NCBI GenBank assembly: GCA_965613025.1
Contig: CBFDUE010000003.1
Span: 3,363 to 67,362, forward strand
Reading direction: 5' to 3'
DNA: 64,000 nt
DNA from: an uncultured bacterium
GTDB taxonomy: Bacteria; Desulfobacterota; DSM-4660; Desulfatiglandales; JALVMZ01
Shown here in pieces: positions 20,936-31,028 of this stretch. Each line of letters starts with the position of its first letter. The first letter of the stretch is position 1. A program made the position numbers and the translations under genes. Below the pieces are notes generated by a model. It did no database searches and was not told the DNA's origin. It saw only the letters and a list, made by a program, of their open reading frames with translations.

Positions 20936-21987
20936 GTTCTATTAAAGAGATCTTCCTGCAATCTGAATCCGGTATCATTCTTCAGGTCATCTTCATCTGG
21001 TATAATACCCTTTAAAAAGAATCTGTCATATACCCTGCTAAAACCTGTCCAGAGCCCTTCATTTCCATCTGTTTCAAAGAATCTGTATATACCATTTATC
21101 TTGGCATCTATCTCATCTACTAAATGGAGAACAACAGCTTCAAGTATTTTAGGCCTCTTTGGAGAGCCAAATTCATATTCTCCGTGATGGCTAAGGATAA
21201 GATGTTTCAGTTTAAGTATGAGATCCTTAGGTATCTTATCAATATGTCTGATCTTTTCTTCCAACATGGAAATTCCCAATATCAGGTGTCCCAATAGTCT
21301 TCCCTCATGGGTATAGTCAAAATGTAGATCATATTGATATTCCTTTATCTTTCCAATATCATGTAGAAATGCCCCACACAACAGCAGTTCCCTATCTAAG
21401 AATGGATATAGCTCTGATATCTGGGTGCACATCTTCATAACATTTAGGGTATGCTCAAGCAGGCCACCAAGATATGGATGATGAAGGTTTTTGCCCGCTG
21501 GTGCTCTTTTAAAAGAAGTCATAAAATCTGAGTCTTTGAGAAACTCATCTATAATGAATTGAAGATATGGATTTTTAATCTGTCCTAAGATATCCTCTAA
21601 TTCTTTCATCATCTGAGAGATATCTTGAGAGGTGCTTTCCAGAAATACAGATGGATCAATCTTCCCTTTATGGGGTCTTATCTCCTTTATGTTTAGTTGG
21701 ATAGAGTCCTTAAAATATGTTACATATCCTTCAATATGGATAACATCCCCCTCTTTAAACTGGGCTGATAGTTCTTCCACCCTATCCCATACCCTGGCCT
21801 CAATCTGACCTGTCTTATCAGAGAGGATCATGCTCAGATATGGGTCCCCCTTTTTTGTTAACATGGATCTCTTACTCTTGACCAGATAGGACTCCTTAAC
21901 CCAGGTGTCAACCTTTATATCCCTTATCCAGATTCTGTAATTTTTATTGGTCTCTCTTTCAGTCATCATAGTCACCGGCTTTTCCAT
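20932..21987 (-). CDS. YhaM-like 3'-5' exoribonuclease (OB-fold + HD domain)
   Basis: N-terminal OB fold and a C-terminal HD domain (LEHTLNV...FLHDIGK...SHHG). Confidence 0.7.
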   Translation of the reverse strand: MEKPVTMMTERETNKNYRIWIRDIKVDTWVKESYLVKSKRSMLTKKGDPYLSMILSDKTGQIEARVWDRVEELSAQFKEGDVIHIEGYVTYFKDSIQLNIKEIRPHKGKIDPSVFLESTSQDISQMMKELEDILGQIKNPYLQFIIDEFLKDSDFMTSFKRAPAGKNLHHPYLGGLLEHTLNVMKMCTQISELYPFLDRELLLCGAFLHDIGKIKEYQYDLHFDYTHEGRLLGHLILGISMLEEKIRHIDKIPKDLILKLKHLILSHHGEYEFGSPKRPKILEAVVLHLVDEIDAKINGIYRFFETDGNEGLWTGFSRVYDRFFLKGIIPDEDDLKNDTGFRLQEDLFNRT

Positions 21988-23248
21988 GGTCAGATGAAAA
22001 CTGAGATGCCCTCTTTCTTATCTCTTCTACTGTCCAATCTGCTGGATCCTCTTTTTTTGTGGTCTTAAAGCCCATATCATAGGATCCCTTCTCTAAGATG
22101 AGTTCCAATGCTATATCTGCACTCTCTTTTGCATTAAAGACCTCTGTAAGAAGTCTATATACAAAATCTGAGACCCCTTCGGTTATCCTATCCCTTACCT
22201 TAATAGGAAGACTGAGCAGATAGTTTTCAAAAGGAAGGTTCAGCCTCTTATAATCAGAGATACCCCAACCTCTGTCATTGGCATATCTAACCATCTCATC
22301 CCACAGTTCAGAAGGTATTCCCTTAGAGTCTTCTTTAATTAATCTACCTTCACTATCCAATATGGCATTTCCATATTCATTTACTTTCACACCCCATGAG
22401 ACCATCTGAAGAGCAGTAGAGATATTTGCCTTTGTAGTAAGGGTCTCACTTGCAACCCTTTTAAGCATCTCAAAGCTATTTCCAGAAGTTCCGTGTTGAG
22501 CTCCAGAGATACCAAAGTCTGAGATAGCATTATGTATCTCAATTGTTCTTTGAAGATCTATTCCATAAGCTTCTTGCTCAATTCCATGTACAGTTCCATT
22601 ATTTATAGCAAGCCAGTCCGGAAATATTCCATTGGCATTTAATCCCCTTATATGGAATTCAGCCTCTTCAACAGTGGTCATTCCCTGTCTTCCCTTTATC
22701 TCTCCAACCTCTGTCTCATATCCGGCCCACGAAGGAATATACCTGCAGAGTTCTATATTAGCAAGCAGGTTTTCATCTTCTGGTAGGTGGGATGCATCAA
22801 TAGCTATGGATGTTATTCCATAATCAAACAGGGAGGGAATGATATCTTTTGCCTGCTCTAAATCATCGCTATTTTTTATGCTATAGTGATCAGCATGTAT
22901 GGCAATGGGTATAGTAATATGAAGTTCATTGCATAAATTATCTACAATTCTTGCCAGATTCCAATAATTTATTGCACAATAACCATTTAACCCCCCTTCT
23001 GATTTTGCAATCTCCACTATTATTGCCGCATTTGCTCTCTGGGCTGCAATTAATACCCCCCTTGCAACAAAATAGTTTCTTGCATTGGCGGCTATGGTCA
23101 TACATCTTCCCTTTTTTATCATTGCTCTGTCTATAACCTTACCGCTTACAATAAGGGCCTTTGAATTGGGGAATAGCCTCTTTATATTAGGAGGTCTCCC
23201 TTTATCCAGTGCCTCTAAATAATCCCTTGAATAGGTAAGATTATTCAT
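21959..23248 (-). CDS. class II fructose/ketose-bisphosphate aldolase (long form)
   Basis: 429 aa. Class II aldolase pattern: AIHADH, DASHLP, and a later HG(T/I) metal-ligand region. Confidence 0.75.
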   Translation of the reverse strand: MNNLTYSRDYLEALDKGRPPNIKRLFPNSKALIVSGKVIDRAMIKKGRCMTIAANARNYFVARGVLIAAQRANAAIIVEIAKSEGGLNGYCAINYWNLARIVDNLCNELHITIPIAIHADHYSIKNSDDLEQAKDIIPSLFDYGITSIAIDASHLPEDENLLANIELCRYIPSWAGYETEVGEIKGRQGMTTVEEAEFHIRGLNANGIFPDWLAINNGTVHGIEQEAYGIDLQRTIEIHNAISDFGISGAQHGTSGNSFEMLKRVASETLTTKANISTALQMVSWGVKVNEYGNAILDSEGRLIKEDSKGIPSELWDEMVRYANDRGWGISDYKRLNLPFENYLLSLPIKVRDRITEGVSDFVYRLLTEVFNAKESADIALELILEKGSYDMGFKTTKKEDPADWTVEEIRKRASQFSSDHGKAGDYDD

Positions 23249-23326
23249 CTAAAATCACTCCCAGATAATCTCTTGGGTATGTTATGCTACAGAGAAAAGT
23301 AATTCAACATAAAATAGAATCTACTT

Positions 23327-23656
23327 TTGAGAGAGGAAATTCAATTGGTTGATGAACTTGAAATAGAGCAGGGATATGCAAATTTTTATCGCAACCTGAA
23401 TCATGTGCTCAGAAAAAGGGATGTAAAGCTCTTTAAAAGATATATTTCAGACCATCCTCAACAGGCAGGCAGACTCTCCCACTGTCTTGGATTAAGCGAT
23501 GAACTTGCTACAGTAGAGATGTATAAGGCTATTTTAAAGAGGGGTGCACTTAGAGATCTCCACAAAGAGGCAATTGAGTTTTTAAAGGAAAAAGGTATAT
23601 CCATTAAATTTAATAGAAAGAAGAGGGGAAGGAGAAAGACCTATGGCAGAAGATGA
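23327..23656 (+). CDS. hypothetical protein with basic C-terminal tail
   Basis: 109-aa ORF with a TTG start. No recognisable motif. Overlaps the next gene by 14 nt. Confidence 0.4.
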   Translation: MREEIQLVDELEIEQGYANFYRNLNHVLRKRDVKLFKRYISDHPQQAGRLSHCLGLSDELATVEMYKAILKRGALRDLHKEAIEFLKEKGISIKFNRKKRGRRKTYGRR

Positions 23657-24110
23657 CCTAAAGCCATGTAATATAAGGATTGATAAAGAGGGAAAGTGGT
23701 TCTATATGGGTGTTGAGATGATTAAAAAAGAGATAATAAACGACCTATACAGATACTTAGATAGACTTGAAGATGGAAGATATATACTAAATATGAATGG
23801 TCAGAGATGCATAATTGAGGTAGAAGATTGTCCATTTGTGGTTCTAAGTGTAAATATAGTAGGGGAGATAGATAGATCGCCTTCTGCCTATATCTTAAAA
23901 TTAAATGATGATAGCACAGAGGAACTAATCCCTGAAACCCTCTTTATTGGGAAAGAAAATGTTCCATACTGTATGGTCAAAGGAGGAAGATTTCAGGCAC
24001 GCTTTTCCCGATCAGCCTATTATCAACTTGCATCTAAGATAGAACAAAGAGATGGAATCTTTTATCTTCCATTAAAAGATAAGAGATATATGATAGAAAT
24101 AAAAAGTTAA
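23643..24110 (+). CDS. DUF1285-like protein
   Basis: IRIDKEGKWFYMG...VEDCPFVV pattern resembles DUF1285. Confidence 0.5.
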   Translation: MAEDDLKPCNIRIDKEGKWFYMGVEMIKKEIINDLYRYLDRLEDGRYILNMNGQRCIIEVEDCPFVVLSVNIVGEIDRSPSAYILKLNDDSTEELIPETLFIGKENVPYCMVKGGRFQARFSRSAYYQLASKIEQRDGIFYLPLKDKRYMIEIKS

Positions 24111-26003
24111 TTATGGCCTCTTAACTATCCTTATATCTGCTCTCCCTTTTACTGAAGTAAGCCATTCAGCAAGAAACAGGTTATACTTTGAAAACATAAG
24201 GGTCTTAAAAAGCTCTGCCCTCTCTTCTTTAAATAGCTCTTCCTCTGGAAGCCGCTCATCTAATAATCTAAATATCAATGCCCCATTTTTGTCTCTAAAA
24301 GGCCTATCAGGATAGGGCATATGTCTTGAAAGGGAAAATATCTCATCTACTATCTCTTCTCTATAGCCTATTTCAGATGGTGGCTCCCCCCTTTTAAAAA
24401 AGCCTGTCTCTTTTGACTCAACCTTTAATTCATCTCTAATTGCTTCCCAGCTTTGACCTTTTTTTAATCTTTCAAGGGCATCTCGTGCAATCTTTAAGGC
24501 CTTCTTCACAGAAAGCTCATCTTTTAAGTCTTCTTTTACCTTTGTTATCACCTCTTTTAGATCTGGAATCCGTGAAGGTATCTTTTTTAATACCTGAAAG
24601 ATATAAAACTTACGATCAATCTCAAGGACATCACTTATACATCCTTCTTCAAGAGAAAAGAGTGTATCTTTTATATCTTCACTAATGCTGGGATTGTAAA
24701 TTGGGTCATCTTTTGAAAATGGATTGAGCTTAGAGTATCTTACTTTGCTTTCCTTTGCGTAATCCGATAGATCCGTTTCATAGGGCATATGATCCCATAA
24801 CTCCACAGCCTTTTCATAGGCAAGCTCTTGAGCTTTTCTCTCTTTGAGTATCTCTCTTATCTCTTCTCTTACCTCTTCAATAGGCCTAATCCTCTTCTCT
24901 TTTATATCTTCTACCTTTATTATATGATATCCAAAACGTGTCTTAACAGGCCCTCTTATCTCACCCTTTTTCATGGAAAATACCGCATCTTCAAACTCCT
25001 TTACCATCTGACCCCTGCTGATATATCCCAGCTCTCCTCCCTGTTTGGCAGAAGGCCCTTCAGAATATCTCTTTGCAAGTCTGGCAAAGTCCTCCCCCTC
25101 CTTTGCCAACTTTAATATCCTCTCTGCCTTCTTTCGTATCTTATCTTTCTCCTCTTCTGATGCTCCCTCCTTTACTTTTAAAAGTATGTGCCTTACCTTT
25201 ACCTTCTTCTCTTCAATAAATTGTTCCATATTCTCTTCATAATAGTCCTTTATCTCTTCTTGGGTAATTTTTACCCCTTTTTTAAATTCATCAGGATCTA
25301 TATCTAAATAGGCAACTTCAATCTTTTCAGGAATTCTATATCTTTCCCTATTCTCTTTAAAATATTTTTCAATAGCCTCTTGATCCGGTTTTATATCCTC
25401 TATGAACCTGCTCTTAGGTATCTCCATAATCTCAATCTTTACTTCTCTATTTTTGATATAAAAATAGTCTTTAAGCTCTTTCTCTGTAACTGGAGTAAGT
25501 GATATAAGGATTTGGGATAATTTATCCTTTAGTATCTGCTGAGCCACCCCTTTTTCAAACTCTGGGGGATCCATGTGATTCTGCTCTAATATCTGTCTAT
25601 ATCTTGCCATACTGAAACGTCCTTTTATCTGAAAAAGGGGATAATTTAAGATGGCATGCTGAATCTCATTTTCATTGACATCCAGCCCTAATCTCCTTGC
25701 CTCTTGACTGAGAAGCTTTTGATCAATAAGCTCCTCTAATACCTTTTCTCTTAGATTCAGCCTCTTGATCATCTGATCATCCCATAGCTTTCCCAATCTT
25801 CTCTGAAGCGCCTGAATCCTTTCCATATATAGTTTCTGAAACTCTCCTCCACTTATTACCTCTCCATTTACATAGGCGATCTTAAGTCCCTCTCTTGAAC
25901 GAAAGGAATAGCCAAAATAGAAGATAAAGACTATGGTAATCATTCCTATAATGAACTTAATCAACCACGACTTAGCATGCCTTCTCATCATCCCAAGTAT
26001 CAT
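24111..26003 (-). CDS. PpiD-like membrane-anchored periplasmic chaperone / parvulin PPIase
   Basis: N-terminal TM anchor, SurA_N-like region and a parvulin domain (VRHILLKV...[12 protein letters not shown]...[12 protein letters not shown]). Confidence 0.8.
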   Translation of the reverse strand: MILGMMRRHAKSWLIKFIIGMITIVFIFYFGYSFRSREGLKIAYVNGEVISGGEFQKLYMERIQALQRRLGKLWDDQMIKRLNLREKVLEELIDQKLLSQEARRLGLDVNENEIQHAILNYPLFQIKGRFSMARYRQILEQNHMDPPEFEKGVAQQILKDKLSQILISLTPVTEKELKDYFYIKNREVKIEIMEIPKSRFIEDIKPDQEAIEKYFKENRERYRIPEKIEVAYLDIDPDEFKKGVKITQEEIKDYYEENMEQFIEEKKVKVRHILLKVKEGASEEEKDKIRKKAERILKLAKEGEDFARLAKRYSEGPSAKQGGELGYISRGQMVKEFEDAVFSMKKGEIRGPVKTRFGYHIIKVEDIKEKRIRPIEEVREEIREILKERKAQELAYEKAVELWDHMPYETDLSDYAKESKVRYSKLNPFSKDDPIYNPSISEDIKDTLFSLEEGCISDVLEIDRKFYIFQVLKKIPSRIPDLKEVITKVKEDLKDELSVKKALKIARDALERLKKGQSWEAIRDELKVESKETGFFKRGEPPSEIGYREEIVDEIFSLSRHMPYPDRPFRDKNGALIFRLLDERLPEEELFKEERAELFKTLMFSKYNLFLAEWLTSVKGRADIRIVKRP

Positions 26004-26012
26004 AACTGTCCC

Positions 26013-26225
26013 CTATGCCTTTGCCCTTTCATAGAGCTGTTCAGGGGTAAAACAGGCTGAACAGTTTTTACCCCATAAGGTAAAAGTGTTATTCTCTTTA
26101 TAATGTAAGATATCTGTATAGCCATCCTGCATCATCCTCTTTAATACATGGACATGAACCTGGACTCCATCAATATTAACCTGCTCATTATCCCCTCTAC
26201 CTTTTATTAATTCTTCAATCTTCAT
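26013..26225 (-). CDS. hypothetical small protein (70 aa)
   Basis: ORF packed between the DAC-like gene (3-nt gap) and the PpiD-like gene (9-nt gap). No motif recognised. Confidence 0.4.
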   Translation of the reverse strand: MKIEELIKGRGDNEQVNIDGVQVHVHVLKRMMQDGYTDILHYKENNTFTLWGKNCSACFTPEQLYERAKA

Positions 26226-26228
26226 CCT

Positions 26229-26900
26229 CTACCCCTCCTTTAAGGATTTTTTACTAACCACAGTAAGATTATGAGAACTTTTACGAGTAAATCTTCCTTT
26301 CAGATGATGGCTATAGCGGCTTATCATCCAGATTTCAGGAATTATCTCAGAGACCAGCTCTCCATCATCAAATATCCTTACTATAGAGCTTTCTGATACC
26401 ACCACTGCAACAGCAGAGGTCTCCTTGGTAATGGATGCGGCCGCCATATGTCTGCTTCCAAAACCTAAGGGGAGATTAATGCCATCAGATGAGGCATTTA
26501 TATACCTGCATGCAGAGATTACTACTCCTTCATCAGATACGATAAATGCACCATCCAATTGTGCCAGCTCTTTTATGGTCTCCCTCATATTGGGATCATC
26601 AATTCGTTTAAGATTGTCAGGATGTCCTTTCAGTGGATCAAGTATAATGCAACGGGATCTCTTTAATACCTCCTCAGAGTCAGAGACCACAAAGAGAGTG
26701 CCTATCTTCCTCCCCTCCCTTCCCTCCCTTGCAATCTCTAAGGAAAGGATGAGAACCTGTTCCAAAGTGAAGAGATTTATCTCTCTATCCTGACAACATA
26801 CATCTTTTAAAAGCTCTATAGCCATATAACATATAAAAGATGCATAATCTATAATTAGAATCAATAATAAAAAATGGGATTGGATCAAATCCAATCCCAA
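26229..26900 (-). CDS. DisA_N / diadenylate-cyclase (DAC)-domain protein, variant RHM motif
   Basis: By eye it aligns with the CdaA DAC domain: GTLFVV, LDGAFIV (DGA motif), ISACRYINAS, FGSRHMAAASIT (RHR motif position) and VVVSESS. The N-terminus has one hydrophobic segment. The start could instead be the ATG at 26825. Confidence 0.65.
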   Translation of the reverse strand: MGLDLIQSHFLLLILIIDYASFICYMAIELLKDVCCQDREINLFTLEQVLILSLEIAREGREGRKIGTLFVVSDSEEVLKRSRCIILDPLKGHPDNLKRIDDPNMRETIKELAQLDGAFIVSDEGVVISACRYINASSDGINLPLGFGSRHMAAASITKETSAVAVVVSESSIVRIFDDGELVSEIIPEIWMISRYSHHLKGRFTRKSSHNLTVVSKKSLKEG

Positions 26901-26909
26901 ACAGACTCC

Positions 26910-27281
26910 CTAACCCTCTATCTTTATCTTATGAGGTGTTGCCTCTTTTATCTTTGGAAGAGTAATACGCAGAACACCATTTTTAAGTTCTGCCTCTATG
27001 TCTGTCTGATCCACTATGGGTGTAAGGACAAATTCCCTCCTATATCTTTCAGTATCAATCTCCCTGAGTATATAATTCTGTGTATCATTCCTATTGACCT
27101 TACCATCTATGGATAGGATATTGTCCTTAACTTCCACTGACAGATCCTCTGTCTTTACTCCAGGAAGATCTGCCAATATGGTAATTGAGGTATCATCTTC
27201 AAATATATCAACCCTGGGTTTGGTAGTATAATAGGCCCTTCTCTTATATCTTTCCACTTTCTTCATATCCATCACCTCCAC
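26910..27281 (-). CDS. Hsp20/alpha-crystallin family small heat-shock protein
   Basis: Alpha-crystallin domain (VDIFEDDTSITILADLPGV...AELKNGVLRITLPK). Confidence 0.85.
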   Translation of the reverse strand: MEVMDMKKVERYKRRAYYTTKPRVDIFEDDTSITILADLPGVKTEDLSVEVKDNILSIDGKVNRNDTQNYILREIDTERYRREFVLTPIVDQTDIEAELKNGVLRITLPKIKEATPHKIKIEG

Positions 27282-27287
27282 TTCATC

Positions 27288-27731
27288 TTAGCTTTTAACA
27301 GGTATCTGCTTTGGCTTAGCCTTATCTGATTTGGGAAGTTTCAGATACAATATCCCATCTCTTAATGAGGCATCAGCACTCTCTGGATCTACCTCCACAG
27401 GAAGAGAGACAGCTCTGCTAAATCTTCCCCTCTCTATCTCCTTTCTGAAGAATCTGAGCTCATCACCTTCAACACCATCTCTTCTTTCTCCCTCTATTAT
27501 TAAGGTATTCTGATTTATGGAAAGATCAATATCTTCCGGACGAACACCAGGAAGCTCTGCCTCTACATAGATACAATCCCTATCTTCAGTGATATTTAAG
27601 GCGGGATACAATCCCACCTCTCCTTCTTCTAAAAAACTTCTACCTAAGTCATCAAATAGCCTATCAATCTCTCTTCTAAGCTCTTCAAACTCCCTAAAAG
27701 GATCCCTTAATTCAGATCTTACCTGTGCCAT
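27288..27731 (-). CDS. Hsp20/alpha-crystallin family small heat-shock protein
   Basis: PALNITEDRDCIYVEAELPGV...ERGRFSRAVSLP...ASLRDGILYLKLPK. Confidence 0.9.
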   Translation of the reverse strand: MAQVRSELRDPFREFEELRREIDRLFDDLGRSFLEEGEVGLYPALNITEDRDCIYVEAELPGVRPEDIDLSINQNTLIIEGERRDGVEGDELRFFRKEIERGRFSRAVSLPVEVDPESADASLRDGILYLKLPKSDKAKPKQIPVKS

Positions 27732-27765
27732 ACCTTCCCCCTCCTTATAATGGATTTTTTTAGAA

Positions 27766-27793
27766 AAAATAATTTTGTTTAGGTGTATGTCAA
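27766..27793 (-). promoter_or_regulatory. putative sigma-70-type promoter for the Hsp20-Hsp20-DAC-like operon
   Basis: On the minus strand: TTGACA (27793-27788), 16-nt spacer, TATTTT (27771-27766). About 35 nt upstream of the ATG at 27731. Confidence 0.45.
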
Positions 27794-27854
27794 GTTGCTA
27801 ATTCCTAAATTTAGAAGATCAATCTATACTTTATTAAAAAATCCCTAAGCTCCC

Positions 27855-27882
27855 TTGACAATGGACAAAGTGATCTTATTTA
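27855..27882 (+). promoter_or_regulatory. putative sigma-70-type promoter for the plus-strand Hsp20 gene
   Basis: TTGACA (27855-27860), 16-nt spacer, TATTTA (27877-27882). An AGGAGG RBS follows, just before the start cluster at 27909-27918. Confidence 0.45.
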
Positions 27883-27908
27883 AGAAATAGAAATTAATCT
27901 TAAAGGAG

Positions 27909-28367
27909 GTGATGGCGATGTTAGAACTGATACCCTGGAGGGAGAGAAGAGAGCTTGACAGATTCAGAAGAGAGATGGACAGACTCTTTGATGAATTCTT
28001 TGAGATGAGACCTCTGAGAAGGCTGTTTGGTGAAGGTGAGTGGATACCCTCTGTGGATGTATCTGAGAATCCTAAGGAGATAGTTGTCCATGCTGAAGTT
28101 CCTGGTATTGATCCAAAGGACATTGATATAACAATTCATGGGAGGACTCTGACCCTTAAAGGGGAAAAGAAGAGTGAAAAAGAGGAAAAGGATGTAAATT
28201 ATCATCGTATAGAGAGGAGATATGGCTCTTTCACCAGAACCTTGGAGCTTCCTACTGATGTGGATCCTGACAATGCAAAGGCAACTTACAAAGATGGGGT
28301 ATTAAAACTGGTCATTCCTAAGACAAAAGAGCAGGCAGTTAAAAAGATAGAGGTTAAGAGCGGTTAA
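27909..28367 (+). CDS. Hsp20/alpha-crystallin family small heat-shock protein
   Basis: PSVDVSENPKEIVVHAEVPGI...ERRYGSFTRTLELP...ATYKDGVLKLVIPK. The track start is GTG at 27909; ATG at 27912 or 27918 is equally possible. Confidence 0.9.
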   Translation: MMAMLELIPWRERRELDRFRREMDRLFDEFFEMRPLRRLFGEGEWIPSVDVSENPKEIVVHAEVPGIDPKDIDITIHGRTLTLKGEKKSEKEEKDVNYHRIERRYGSFTRTLELPTDVDPDNAKATYKDGVLKLVIPKTKEQAVKKIEVKSG

Positions 28368-28376
28368 TGATGATTG

Positions 28377-28405
28377 GGGGCTGGATATAATATCCAGCCC
28401 CTTTT
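28377..28405 (+). terminator. rho-independent terminator after Hsp20
   Basis: Perfect 11-bp stem GGGGCTGGATA / TATCCAGCCCC with a 3-nt loop, followed by TTTT. Confidence 0.65.
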
Positions 28406-28425
28406 AATACATATACCGACTTTAA

Positions 28426-28453
28426 TTGACATATCCCGATAAATGACTATATT
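28426..28453 (+). promoter_or_regulatory. putative sigma-70-type promoter of the DIP operon
   Basis: TTGACA (28426-28431), 16-nt spacer, TATATT (28448-28453). This would give an AT-rich leader of ~115 nt before the ATG at 28574. Confidence 0.4.
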
Positions 28454-28573
28454 TTTTTGTGTTAATCATAAATTTATGTTCATAATTCAATTTTTTTAGC
28501 ATAATAGTAAACTTAGTAAAATCTATCAGTATTAACCCTTAGCTTGTTAAATAAAAATTTTAAGGAGGGTGGT

Positions 28574-29710
28574 ATGGATAAGATCAGAATTGGAATTGTG
28601 GGTGTTGGGAATTGTGCAAGTTCGTTAATTCAAGGAATTCATTACTATAGGGACAAAGATCCTGAAGATGCCATTGGTCTTATGCACTGGGAGATAGGAG
28701 GGTATAGGCCATACGACATTGAGGTGGTAGCTGCATTTGATATAGATAAGAGAAAGGTGGGGAAAGATCTTAAGGATGCCATATTTGCCCCCCCCAATTG
28801 CACAAAGATATTCTGCCCTGATATTCCGAATCAAGGGGTCAGGGTCCATATGGGAAAGGTGTTAGACGGCTTCTCTGACCATATGAAGGACTATGAAGAT
28901 AAATATACCTTTGTGCTTTCTGAGGAGGAGGAGCCAAAGAAAGAGGATGTGGTAAGGATTTTGAAAGAGTCAGGAGTAGAGATTCTCCTAAATTATCTTC
29001 CAGTGGGCTCTGAAGAGGCCACCCGCTTTTATGCAGAGTGTGCACTTCAGGCAGGAGTTGCATTTATAAACAACATTCCGGTATTTATTGCAAGCACTCC
29101 CATGTGGGCAGCCCGTTTTAAAGAGAAGAATCTTCCACTCATTGGTGATGATATAAAGAGCCAGATTGGCGCAACCATCACCCATAGGATCTTGACAGAT
29201 CTCTTTAAAAAGAGGGGGGTAAAGCTGGAGAGGACCTACCAGCTAAACACTGGTGGTAATACCGATTTCCTTAATATGTTAAATAGGCACAGACTGGCAT
29301 CAAAGAAAAAGTCAAAGACTGAGGCTGTTCAGTCTGTAACCGCAAAGAGATTGGAAAGTGAAAATATACATATAGGTCCCAGTGATTATGTGCCCTGGCA
29401 AAAAGACAATAAGATCTGTTTTATCAGGATGGAAGGAAAGATATTTGGCGATGTGGCAATTGATCTGGAACTCAGGCTATCTGTAGAGGATTCCCCAAAT
29501 TCAGCAGGTGTTGCTATAGATGCTATAAGGTGCGCTAAGCTGGCATTAGAAAGGGGCCAAGGTGGAGTGCTTATAGGGCCATCTGCCTATTTTTGCAAAC
29601 ATCCTCCTCAGCAATTTACGGATGATGAGGCATACCGTATGGTAGAGGAATTTATCAATCAGGAACAAAAAAGAGCAGTCCATGAAGTGCCTTATTATAG
29701 CAGCAGGTAA
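28574..29710 (+). CDS. ino1: myo-inositol-1-phosphate synthase (inositol-3-phosphate synthase)
   Basis: N-terminal [20 protein letters not shown] is typical of bacterial/archaeal MIPS. I preferred the ATG at 28574, which follows an AAGGAGGG RBS, over the track TTG at 28544. Confidence 0.9.
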   Translation: MDKIRIGIVGVGNCASSLIQGIHYYRDKDPEDAIGLMHWEIGGYRPYDIEVVAAFDIDKRKVGKDLKDAIFAPPNCTKIFCPDIPNQGVRVHMGKVLDGFSDHMKDYEDKYTFVLSEEEEPKKEDVVRILKESGVEILLNYLPVGSEEATRFYAECALQAGVAFINNIPVFIASTPMWAARFKEKNLPLIGDDIKSQIGATITHRILTDLFKKRGVKLERTYQLNTGGNTDFLNMLNRHRLASKKKSKTEAVQSVTAKRLESENIHIGPSDYVPWQKDNKICFIRMEGKIFGDVAIDLELRLSVEDSPNSAGVAIDAIRCAKLALERGQGGVLIGPSAYFCKHPPQQFTDDEAYRMVEEFINQEQKRAVHEVPYYSSR

Positions 29711-31028
29711 AGGGACACGGATCAGGAATAAGGGGCCCTGCAAGCCCCTTGTTCCCATATTGGGTGTTCCTCTGATTGAGAGGATAATAAGATCTGTCAT
29801 AGAGGCAGGGATAAGAGATATATATGTGGTAGTAGGATATAATGGTGATAAGTTAAGGGAATTTTTAAAAAGGCTTCAAATTAAGATAGGGCAGGAGATT
29901 CATATAATTGAAAATCCTCAATGGGATAAAGAGAATGCCATATCAGTATTGAAGGCAAGAGAATATATAAGAGATAATTTTATCTTGGTAATGGGAGATC
30001 ATCTCTTTGACCCTCAGATACTAAATGAGATTAAGGACTATCCTCTTCAAGAGGATACGGTCCTGTTGGTAGTTGATAGAAATCTGGATAACCCCTACAT
30101 AGATCTAAGGGATGTTACTAAGGTAGAATGTCAGGATAATAGGCTCATAAGCATTGGAAAAGACATTGATAGATTTAATGCCTATGATACAGGTATATTC
30201 CTATGTTCTCCCTCCATATTTACCCATATTCAAGAGGCGGTCTCTGAGACAGGTAATACTACACTTTCAAGTGTTATAAGATATATGGCAGAAAGAGGTA
30301 AGGTATTTACCTATGATATGGGAAAACGCTACTGGATAGATGTGGATGATGAAGAGGCCCTTTTAAAGGCAGAAAGGCTAATATTGGAAGATCTAAGTTC
30401 CAAGCAGAGTGATGGCCCCATATCCAGATATATAAATAGACCCATATCTTTAAGGATTTCGAAACATATCTGTAATTGGCCCATAACCCCAAATCAGATA
30501 ACCCTCTTTTCTTTTTTCCTATCTCTTTGTGGTTCTGCGATAATACTATTAGGAACATATCTCTATCTCCTTTTGGGTGCCATATTGGCTCAACTGGGCT
30601 CCATAATAGATGGTTGTGATGGGGAGATAGCAAGAATAAAATATCAACGAAGTGAATACGGTGCCTGGCTTGATGCGGTTTTAGATAGATATCAGGATGG
30701 ATTCCTTATCTTTTCCCTTACATATTATGGCACTCTCAGTAATCCTTCCTTTTTTACTTTTCTGATTGGCTTTATGGCACTTATTGGATCATATATGGTA
30801 AGCTATACAGCCCATAAATATGATAGGATAAAAAAGGAGGAGGGCCTGCCTTTTAAATTTAGGATAGGAAGAGATATCAGAATCTTTCTGATATTTGTAT
30901 TTTCCATACTTAATCAGGTGATTTGGGCACTTATCGCTATTGCTATCTTGATGAATCTGGAAACTGCCCGAAGGATATGGATTATGAGGGATCAGGGATG
31001 GGATATGAAAAGATATGGAGGGAGATAA
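29682..31028 (+). CDS. bifunctional CTP:inositol-1-phosphate cytidylyltransferase / DIPP synthase (IPCT/DIPPS)
   Basis: N-terminal nucleotidyltransferase ([10 protein letters not shown]). The C-terminal membrane domain carries the CDP-alcohol phosphatidyltransferase motif [10 protein letters not shown]8[13 protein letters not shown]. Immediately downstream of MIPS with a 29-nt overlap. Confidence 0.85.
   Translation: MKCLIIAAGKGTRIRNKGPCKPLVPILGVPLIERIIRSVIEAGIRDIYVVVGYNGDKLREFLKRLQIKIGQEIHIIENPQWDKENAISVLKAREYIRDNFILVMGDHLFDPQILNEIKDYPLQEDTVLLVVDRNLDNPYIDLRDVTKVECQDNRLISIGKDIDRFNAYDTGIFLCSPSIFTHIQEAVSETGNTTLSSVIRYMAERGKVFTYDMGKRYWIDVDDEEALLKAERLILEDLSSKQSDGPISRYINRPISLRISKHICNWPITPNQITLFSFFLSLCGSAIILLGTYLYLLLGAILAQLGSIIDGCDGEIARIKYQRSEYGAWLDAVLDRYQDGFLIFSLTYYGTLSNPSFFTFLIGFMALIGSYMVSYTAHKYDRIKKEEGLPFKFRIGRDIRIFLIFVFSILNQVIWALIAIAILMNLETARRIWIMRDQGWDMKRYGGR

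Noticed and set aside
27732-27908. Search for a sigma-32 promoter or a CIRCE/HrcA operator between the divergent Hsp20 genes.
   Set aside because: No CTTGAAA-N13-15-CCCCAT-like pair and no TTAGCACTC-N9-GAGTGCTAA-like inverted repeat was found. Only a partial TTAGCA next to the -35 box is present.
28454-28573. The AT-rich ~115-nt leader of the MIPS gene, considered as an RNA thermometer. An upstream ACCCU could pair with AGGGU in the RBS.
   Set aside because: I could draw only about 5 bp of pairing across a ~26-nt loop. That is too weak to be meaningful at thermophilic temperatures without covariation evidence.
30923-30997. Upstream extension of the HD-motif ORF (track start 30923). I trimmed similar extensions for MIPS (28544), ferredoxin (49687), dsrO (51786), sdhA (58181) and cpoB (TTG at 36510).
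   Set aside because: These extensions overlap the preceding genes by tens of nucleotides or lack an RBS. Internal ATGs with Shine-Dalgarno sequences give canonical N-termini.
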